Shown piece after piece: positions 1-5,719 of a stretch of DNA of 10,167 nt. The translations under genes and the position numbers were made by a program. How positions within the stretch are numbered: position 1 is the first letter of the stretch; each line of letters opens with the position of its first letter. The notes under the pieces are model-generated. The model had not been told where the DNA came from. It saw nothing but the letters and a program-made list of their open reading frames with translations, and searched no databases. The stretch comes from Candidatus Hydrogenedentota bacterium. Its GTDB lineage: Bacteria > Hydrogenedentota > Hydrogenedentia > Hydrogenedentales > SLHB01. Location of the stretch: NCBI GenBank assembly GCA_034408725.1, contig JAWXCN010000196.1, forward strand, positions 1-10,167. Reading direction: 5' to 3'.

Positions 1-764
1 AAGTAGAGCACCTCTTTAAGCGCGTCAAATATCTCGTTCACCGTCGTGCCCGTACCGTTCGATATGTTCATCGTCATATTGTCGCCGCGCTCGAGCGCGA
101 GCACATTCGCCCGCGCGACGTCGCCGACGTAGACGTAGTCCCGGATGGGCTCGCCGAAACCGTAGAGCGTTGGCTGTTTGCCCTGAAGCATCAACTCCGT
201 GAGCACGGCACATACACCGCATTCGCCGTGAGGGACCTGCCGAGGACCGAACACGTTTCCGTAACGCAGGATGACATATGTCAGCGGATATAGGCGCGCG
301 TAGAGTTTGATGTACTCCTCCGTGCAGAGTTTTGAAGTGCCATAAGGGCTCATTGGAGCGGGTTTGGTTTCCTCGGTCGCCGGAAGCTTTTCGGGCGCGC
401 CGTAGATGGCGCCGCCCGTCGACGAAAAAATAAACCGTTTGACTCCGCCCTTGATGCACGCCTCGAGCAAATTGATCGTGCCCACAATATTCGTGATGGC
501 GTCGAACCCGGGGTTCTTCACGCTTTCCGTCACGTTGATCTGGGCGGCGAGATGGCAAACCGCTTCCGGCTTTTCACGTTCGACTATCCCGGCGACGCCC
601 GCGTCCCCTATCGCCGTTTCATAAAATGCCGCCTTGGGATGAACGTACTCCCGCATGCCGGTGCTGATGTTGTCGATAATCGCGACAGTGTGCCCTGCCT
701 CAATAAGTTGCCCGGCGACGTGCGAACCTATGAAGCCGGCGCCACCCGTAACAAGAACTTTCAT
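1..764 (-). CDS. NAD-dependent epimerase/dehydratase (extended SDR, UDP-glucose 4-epimerase-like); 3' end runs off the window
   Basis: Manual translation from ATG at 764: MKVLVTGGAGFIGSHVAGQLIEAGHTVAIIDNISTG...HLAAQINV...NIVGTINLLEAC...FSSTGGAIYG...PMSPYGTSK...LRYGNVFGPRQ...RDYVYVGDVARAN. It has the TGGAGFIG NAD-binding motif and the YxxxK catalytic motif. GGAAGGA RBS at 773-779 (minus strand). The frame is open to position 1. Confidence 0.93.
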   Translation of the reverse strand, partial: MKVLVTGGAGFIGSHVAGQLIEAGHTVAIIDNISTGMREYVHPKAAFYETAIGDAGVAGIVEREKPEAVCHLAAQINVTESVKNPGFDAITNIVGTINLLEACIKGGVKRFIFSSTGGAIYGAPEKLPATEETKPAPMSPYGTSKLCTEEYIKLYARLYPLTYVILRYGNVFGPRQVPHGECGVCAVLTELMLQGKQPTLYGFGEPIRDYVYVGDVARANVLALERGDNMTMNISNGTGTTVNEIFDALKEVLY

Positions 765-860
765 TGCAGGGGTCCTTCCGTGTTTGCGGGGGATGATACC
801 GGGAACGGGAAATGAATGCGAAATGGTTTAGAGCGTTCGGAGCCAGTTTTCTTGGACTCG

Positions 861-893
861 AAAAACTGGCGACGCGCGCTGTCCCGACCGCCG
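861..893 (-). terminator. Possible intrinsic terminator after the DUF5985-like cassette
   Basis: The minus strand reads GGCGGTCG-GGACAGCG-CGCGTCGCC-AGTTTTT immediately after the stop at 897: an imperfect GC stem followed by a U-tract. Confidence 0.35.
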
Positions 894-896
894 CGT

Positions 897-1157
897 TTAC
901 TTGCCGGTGCTGCGGTTCTTGTCGAGAATCGCCACGACGATAATCGCAAAGGCAATCAGACGGAACGTATAGACGTAATACCGGAATTCATTTTCAGGCG
1001 ATACGACGGCCAGCATCCAACGCTCGACCGCAAGGAACCAAAAAGAAAGTGCAAACAAAAAGAACAGCCGGTCGCGCGACATCGTCCAGGACTTCAAGAA
1101 GTAAAGCCCGCACGCCGCGGAAGCCATCATGATTGCGCCTGACAAGAATTGCATCAT
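897..1157 (-). CDS. Small membrane protein, DUF5985-like (86 aa, ~3 TM)
   Basis: MMQFLSGAIMMASAACGLYFLKSWTMSRDRLFFLFALSFWFLAVER...YVYTFRLIAFAIIVVAILDKNR. Three hydrophobic segments. The ATG at 1157 overlaps the upstream stop (TAATG), so the track start at 1394 is too long. Family recognised from memory. Confidence 0.8.
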   Translation of the reverse strand: MMQFLSGAIMMASAACGLYFLKSWTMSRDRLFFLFALSFWFLAVERWMLAVVSPENEFRYYVYTFRLIAFAIIVVAILDKNRSTGK

Positions 1158-1417
1158 TATCGGGACTCCCAAATAAGCCCAAACAGCATGACCGTCACGC
1201 CCAGGAGCGCGGGGACCGTGCGAACCAACGCAAGGTCGGTAGTGTTCGGCAGAATGGCAAGATCGATGAGCAACACCATATTGGATATGAATAAGAGCAC
1301 GAAGCAGCACGTGCTCCAGAGCAGCAGGCGATCTCCGGATCGCCTGAAGCCACGGATCAGCAGTATGGCGCACAGGGCGCTTGTAAGCGCGCACAGCGTG
1401 TAGACAATGCTAGCCAT
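1157..1417 (-). CDS. Small membrane protein, DUF5985-like (86 aa, ~3 TM)
   Basis: MASIVYTLCALTSALCAILLIRGFRRSGDRLLLWSTCCFVLLFISNMVLLIDLAILPNTTDLALVRTVPALLGVTVMLFGLIWESR. The ATG at 1417 overlaps the upstream stop (ATGGCTAG). Paralogous to the next gene, sharing SAxC, SxDRL, FxxL and R66. Confidence 0.8.
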   Translation of the reverse strand: MASIVYTLCALTSALCAILLIRGFRRSGDRLLLWSTCCFVLLFISNMVLLIDLAILPNTTDLALVRTVPALLGVTVMLFGLIWESR

Positions 1418-1832
1418 TGGAATCGGTTTCCTTTTTGAATCGAAACGCTTCCGAAAAACTCTGCATGGGGTCGCGCGGCGAATAAATAATATCAATGATT
1501 CGTCCGCGATATTCTTCGTATAACCCGGAAATGGCATCCACCATCGCGGCGAATTCCCGGGATTGCGGTGCGTATCCATATTGCGCGGGCTGGCCGTCGG
1601 TGCGCGAAACGAATCCGGATGTAATCAGCGCCCCGAGGCGTTGATTCACCGCTTCCGGAGAACTTCGGAGTTGCCCGCTGATTTGAGTCGCCGTGAAACG
1701 TGTTTGGGAGCGGTCGCGCAACAGCAGGAGAATTTCGAGCAACCCCAACGACGAAATATGAGTGCGAATAAATTGCGCCGTTTCTGGCGGGATGGTATCG
1801 GAAGTCAAAAGATTACCCCAAGAACCGTACAC
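1410..1832 (-). CDS. Hypothetical cytoplasmic protein with winged helix-turn-helix-like pattern
   Basis: IPPETAQFIRTHISSLGLLEILLLL...FTATQISGQLRSSPEAVNQRLGALITSGFV...YGYAP...IIDIIYS...MQSFSEAFRFKK. The T-x-x-Q-I-S...L-x-x-L-x-x-x-G-F-V spacing resembles wHTH. The start is either GTG 1832 or TTG 1808 (preceded by GGGGT). Confidence 0.75.
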   Translation of the reverse strand: MYGSWGNLLTSDTIPPETAQFIRTHISSLGLLEILLLLRDRSQTRFTATQISGQLRSSPEAVNQRLGALITSGFVSRTDGQPAQYGYAPQSREFAAMVDAISGLYEEYRGRIIDIIYSPRDPMQSFSEAFRFKKETDSNG

Positions 1833-2211
1833 ATGCCTGTAGTATCTATAACCTCTTAATTCCCCGATATGCGAAAATATTCCAACTCAAAATAGATAAT
1901 AATGAAAAGGAAAACCTCAGCTCGCAAAGGTCAATCCCAAAAAGTTCGAGGTAATCAGCCCGGAACCGGTTCGTCGCGAGGGGTCGTGATGTCGGCCGCA
2001 GGCGGCTGGGGCGCAATCGGTTCAGATGACTGTTTGAAGTTGGGTTTCGCCCATTGATCGTGATCGTAGTAGGTTGAAGCACACGAGGTGGCAAACACGC
2101 ATAGGATAGCGAGCAGCAGGTATCGCATTTGGTTTTTCCCTCCGCTAAAGTTCTGTCAATATTTTACTCCAGCCCGCCGAACAAGCGCAACAGACTTTTC
2201 CCCTCCCACTG

Positions 2212-2247
2212 CGGCCGAAACTGCCGGGAACGCGGTAAGAAATGCCC
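2212..2247 (+). promoter_or_regulatory. Candidate tandem enhancer (bEBP) sites for the sigma-54 promoter
   Basis: CGGC-CGAAACT-GCCG (2212-2226) and CGGT-AAGAAAT-GCCC (2233-2247) are 21 bp apart and about 110-130 bp upstream of the predicted start site. Confidence 0.5.
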
Positions 2248-2293
2248 GGCATCAAGCCATATACAGAAAGGCGTGAATTCGTAACCATATGTA

Positions 2294-2306
2294 AATAACA
2301 TAGTTA
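2294..2306 (+). promoter_or_regulatory. Possible IHF-like site
   Basis: AATAACATAGTTA matches 7 of 9 defined positions of WATCAANNNNTTR. It lies in an AT-rich patch between the candidate enhancer and the -24/-12 box. Confidence 0.35.
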
Positions 2307-2323
2307 CGCCATTTGAAATTTTC

Positions 2324-2339
2324 CGGCATGCTCATTGCT
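2324..2339 (+). promoter_or_regulatory. Sigma-54 (RpoN) -24/-12 promoter of the flagellar operon
   Basis: CGGCATG-CTCA-TTGCT versus consensus TGGCACG-N4-TTGCW. Exact GG-N10-GC spacing, about 110 bp upstream of flgB. Confidence 0.75.
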
Positions 2340-2447
2340 CCTGCTCCCATCGAGAGTTCTTTTTGACGGAGGGATTCTCGCAGGCTATGGGGTGGCCCGG
2401 ACGCGGGTCGCCCCTGCTTTCAACCATTTTAGATTCACGGAGGTTAG

Positions 2448-2840
2448 ATGGCTTTCGCAGGGATTTCGAGTGTCCAGGTATTGCAGAGCGCGATGCGTGT
2501 TGCCGTTCAGAACCACGCCGTGATCGCGAATAACATCGCCAATGCGGATACTCCAAATTTCTCGCCATCGAAACTCGATTTTCAGGGGACTCTTCGAGAG
2601 ACCTTAGAGGGGCGTGGCCGCGTCGCACTCCGCAAGACCCAGGCCCGCCACCTTGACATGACCCGCGAAATTCCGCGTTTTGAGCATATTGCACTTTCCA
2701 GTAAGAACGACTACAATAAAGTTGATTTAGAACAAGAGATGGCCAATCTTTCGGAAAATACCGGAAATTACACAATATATGGTAGTCTCTTGGTCAAGCA
2801 GTTTAAGCAGGCAAAAGATATGCTCGCTGGACTACGGTAG
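2448..2840 (+). CDS. flgB: Flagellar basal-body rod protein FlgB
   Basis: IANNIANADTPNF motif, NKVDLEQEMANL C-terminal motif, 130 aa, GGAGGT RBS, first gene of the operon. Confidence 0.95.
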   Translation: MAFAGISSVQVLQSAMRVAVQNHAVIANNIANADTPNFSPSKLDFQGTLRETLEGRGRVALRKTQARHLDMTREIPRFEHIALSSKNDYNKVDLEQEMANLSENTGNYTIYGSLLVKQFKQAKDMLAGLR

Positions 2841-2867
2841 AAAGTTTCGCTACACAATATATTGTAG
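2769..2867 (+). repeat. 17-bp direct repeat pair (NrdR-box-like)
   Basis: TACACAATATATGGTAG (2769-2785) and TACACAATATATTGTAG (2851-2867) differ by one base. The second contains the perfect palindrome ACAATATATTGT. Confidence 0.7.
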
Positions 2868-2907
2868 GCTCAGTATGAACGTGGCGTATGGATAGAGGAC
2901 TGCCGAA

Positions 2908-3327
2908 GTGCTAGAAGCAGTTTCAGCCCGGGAAATCGCCGTCAGCGGATTGCGCGCACAGCGCACCCGCATGAATCTGATTGCCAATAATATTGCGAAT
3001 GCGACCACCCCTACTACGGCAAAAGGCGGCGCGTTCCGGCGCCAACTCGCGATCCTTCGTGGAGAAGGAGTCGAGATGGGCATTTCACCCACCAACCTAG
3101 GTGTGAAGGTCGAGCGCGTTATGAATGATCCTTCGCCAATGCGGCAGATATACGAGCCGGGCAATCCGTATGCGAACGCGGAAGGGTATGTCGAATATCC
3201 CAATGTCGATCTGGCGGTCGAAATGGCAGACCTCGTGTCGGCGCAGCGGGCGTATGAAGCGAATATCGCGGTGCTGGTTTCGGGCCGCAGAATGTCCGCA
3301 AAAGCCCTCGAAATTATACAGGCATAA
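2908..3327 (+). CDS. flgC: Flagellar basal-body rod protein FlgC
   Basis: SGLRAQRTRMNLIANNIANA, YEPGNPYANAEGYVEYPNVDLAVEMADLVSAQRAYEAN. GTG start after AGAGGA. Confidence 0.97.
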   Translation: MLEAVSAREIAVSGLRAQRTRMNLIANNIANATTPTTAKGGAFRRQLAILRGEGVEMGISPTNLGVKVERVMNDPSPMRQIYEPGNPYANAEGYVEYPNVDLAVEMADLVSAQRAYEANIAVLVSGRRMSAKALEIIQA

Positions 3328-3348
3328 GACTAACCGTAGCGTGAACTA

Positions 3349-3669
3349 ATGGCAGACCCCTTAAACATAGGCGCAATCACCGGCAGCCGTATCGAGGTCG
3401 ACCCGATCTCGATGCGCCAGGCGCAGCCGTCTTCGGCGCCCGTCGAAGGCAAATCTTTCAAAGATGTGCTGGCCGATACCATTGGTGAAGTGCAACGCCT
3501 TCAGACCGAAGCAGACACGACCATCAAACAGTTGGTCGCGGGGGAAATCAAGGACGTTACGGAAGCCATGGTCGCAGTCGAAAAAGCGGACGTGTCCTTC
3601 CACACCATGATGGCGGTGCGAAACAAGATTGTGGCCGCATACGAAGAAATTATGCGAATGCAAGTATAA
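3349..3669 (+). CDS. fliE: Flagellar hook-basal body protein FliE
   Basis: SFKDVL...AMVAVEKADVSFHTMMAVRNKIVAAYEEIMRMQV is the canonical FliE C-terminus. Confidence 0.96.
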   Translation: MADPLNIGAITGSRIEVDPISMRQAQPSSAPVEGKSFKDVLADTIGEVQRLQTEADTTIKQLVAGEIKDVTEAMVAVEKADVSFHTMMAVRNKIVAAYEEIMRMQV

Positions 3670-3689
3670 GCGGCCAGCGGCTACGCTGG

Positions 3690-4160
3690 ATGGGGATAGC
3701 AGTCACGCGCGGGGGACGCTTCGCGCGCGAACGAATGAGAGACAAGCCTGTGAGTAAACTCCGTCAACTCAAGGCCGGCATGATCGCACGGTGGCGCAAG
3801 TTGCCGCTCAGCGATCGGCGCCGGTGCATGTTGGTATCGGTATTGACGCCGTTGGCGCTGCTGATTGCATACGATGCGCGCCCGCGGCCAGACGCGTTCG
3901 AGGCGCTCGCCTCGGGGCTGACTTCCACCGAAGCCAGCGCCGTGCGAGGACACCTGGACGACCGGCATGTACCTTATGTTCTTCTGGACGGCGGGCAGAC
4001 TGTGATGGTGCCGGCCGGACAGCGCGCGGAGTTGACAATTGAATTGACCCGATTGGCCTTGGTGCGCAGCGTGTTGTATCACGCGCCAAGGACGCCGCGC
4101 CTCGCCGTTACGGACCGCGCGCGCTTGCCCCAATCCGTGAAGGGAAGTGGTGGTGATTGA
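3690..4160 (+). CDS. Short FliF N-terminus-like protein (TM plus first ring-building motif only)
   Basis: FEALASGLTSTEASAVRGHLDDRHVPYVLLDGGQTVMVPAGQRAELTIEL aligns ungapped to this window's FliF (YVELFSGLSSQDMLAVQGRLDTEGVPWKQDSTGQVVSVPLQYRSDMLVKI) with 18/50 identities. The start is uncertain (3690, 3735 or 3750). The stop overlaps the fliF start. Confidence 0.75.
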   Translation: MGIAVTRGGRFARERMRDKPVSKLRQLKAGMIARWRKLPLSDRRRCMLVSVLTPLALLIAYDARPRPDAFEALASGLTSTEASAVRGHLDDRHVPYVLLDGGQTVMVPAGQRAELTIELTRLALVRSVLYHAPRTPRLAVTDRARLPQSVKGSGGD

Positions 4161-5715
4161 TTTTTCACGACAGTTTCTCGCGGGGCTTCTGCTTGCGTGG
4201 GAACGGTTGTCGGCCAGCGCGCGCGTCACGGTCGCCGTCGCGTTTCTATTCACGGCCGCGATCATCGCCGCGATGGTGACCATTGGAAGCCGCCCACAGT
4301 ACGTGGAACTGTTCTCCGGATTGTCGTCCCAGGACATGCTGGCCGTCCAGGGCCGCCTTGATACCGAAGGCGTGCCCTGGAAACAGGACAGCACGGGGCA
4401 GGTAGTTTCGGTGCCGTTGCAATACCGCAGCGACATGCTGGTCAAGATCAACGGCGCGGGACTCGTTACATCGCAGGGAGCCACGCCCGGCTTCGAAATT
4501 TTCGATTCCGCCAACCTCATGCAAACCCAGTTCACGCAGGATGTGAACCTGCTGCGCGCGAAAACGGGTGAGCTCCAACAACTACTCGGCCGGTTCGACT
4601 TTATCCGGAACTCCTACGTCAGCATCGGCGAGGCCAAAGAAGAACTGTTTGCCCAAAATGAAAAGCCTACCGAGGCGACTGTTACTCTGGACGTAACCGG
4701 CAGGTTGAGCGAAGAACAGGTCAAGGCCGTGTTGAACACGGTGTCGTCATCAATCGCCGGTTTGTCGCGCGACCACATCAACCTGGCGACAACGGGTGGC
4801 GAGATTCTACACGCGCCCGCGGAAAACGATTTTGATTCCATCGCGACATCAAAGTTCGATCTTGCGCGCAGCTACCGGACCGAGTTAAAGAGGGACGCGG
4901 AAGCATCCCTGGCCCGCCTTGGCGTGCGGAGCGTGGTCACGCTGTCGCTGGACGTCGATCACAGCATGCGCACGGAAAAGACGGAAGAAGTGCGCAAGGG
5001 CACAGAGGTCAGCCGTTATACCACGGAGAATTCGACCGAGAATATCAACACCGCGCCTCAAGGGCCCGCGGGCGCTCGCGCCAATCTCCCGGAAGACGCC
5101 CAGAGCGGCGATCAGCAGGGAATGCGGCAAACGCAGGAAATGTCGATCGAGAACATCGAACCGTCGCGCACGACTACGGAAACCGTGACCTCGCCTGGCA
5201 CGGTGAAAGTTTTGGGCGCAACGGCGATTGTCGAGGGCAAATACGAAGACGAACTTGATGCGCAGGGCGAGCCGACTGGCAAAAAAAACTACGTCGAGCG
5301 CGGCAAAGAAGAATTGCAGAAATACAAAGACCTCGTCGCGATGGCGGTCGGAGTTACGGAAGATAAGATCAAGATTAGCGACCATCCATTCGAACTGGAG
5401 CAGCTTGCCGCGGCGTTACCCGCAGGGGCGACCGCGGCCGCGGCCAACGGCCTAACGTCCGGAATGATGGACGTGGATGGAATTCTAAAAGCCGTCGCCG
5501 TGGTCCTGCTGTTCTTCGTGGTAAGGTTTCTTGCATTGCGGGCAACCGTGCGCAAGGATCGGATGGATGACGACATCGCGATTGACCTTCCCAAAGCCAG
5601 CCCCGAAGAGCTGCGCAAGCGCGAAATCGCGTCGGAAGTCGAGCGCGTATCGAATGAACAACCGGAAACCGTGGCTTCATTGCTCCGGACATGGTTGAGC
5701 GAAACCGAGGAGTAG
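4147..5715 (+). CDS. fliF: Flagellar MS-ring protein FliF
   Basis: N-terminal TM, LFSGLS...VP, PGFEIFD, ELF...KPTEATVTL, second TM (ILKAVAVVLLFFVV) and C-terminal PETVASLLRTWL. Three tandem GTGs (4147/4150/4153) follow AAGGGA, so the exact start is uncertain. Confidence 0.93.
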   Translation: MVVIDFSRQFLAGLLLAWERLSASARVTVAVAFLFTAAIIAAMVTIGSRPQYVELFSGLSSQDMLAVQGRLDTEGVPWKQDSTGQVVSVPLQYRSDMLVKINGAGLVTSQGATPGFEIFDSANLMQTQFTQDVNLLRAKTGELQQLLGRFDFIRNSYVSIGEAKEELFAQNEKPTEATVTLDVTGRLSEEQVKAVLNTVSSSIAGLSRDHINLATTGGEILHAPAENDFDSIATSKFDLARSYRTELKRDAEASLARLGVRSVVTLSLDVDHSMRTEKTEEVRKGTEVSRYTTENSTENINTAPQGPAGARANLPEDAQSGDQQGMRQTQEMSIENIEPSRTTTETVTSPGTVKVLGATAIVEGKYEDELDAQGEPTGKKNYVERGKEELQKYKDLVAMAVGVTEDKIKISDHPFELEQLAAALPAGATAAAANGLTSGMMDVDGILKAVAVVLLFFVVRFLALRATVRKDRMDDDIAIDLPKASPEELRKREIASEVERVSNEQPETVASLLRTWLSETEE

Positions 5716-5719
5716 TACG

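Noticed and set aside
25-815. Track ORFs 25..558(-), 406..624(+), 552..815(+)
   Set aside because: These are alternative frames of the epimerase, whose real frame (764 to the edge) is absent from the track because its stop lies outside the window.
1908-2110. c-di-GMP-I riboswitch (GGAAAAC...CGCAAAG at ~1909-1930; GGCAAAC at ~2090)
   Set aside because: The GAAA-tetraloop P2 stem and GACGCAAA junction are not present in the required arrangement, and the site lies upstream of the predicted sigma-54 start.
1846-2276. ORFs 1846..2094(-) and 2088..2276(+)
   Set aside because: No motifs or convincing RBS. They overlap regulatory or structured intergenic DNA.
3681-4535. 284-aa antisense ORF, and the other small ORFs overlapping the flagellar genes
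   Set aside because: They overlap well-supported genes, are mostly Arg/Pro/Ser/Ala-rich shadow translations, and show no domain signal.
3690-5715. Frameshifted or split fliF pseudogene
   Set aside because: fliF (4147-5715) is complete by itself, including its own TM1 and RBM1, so the upstream ORF is a duplicate rather than a missing part.
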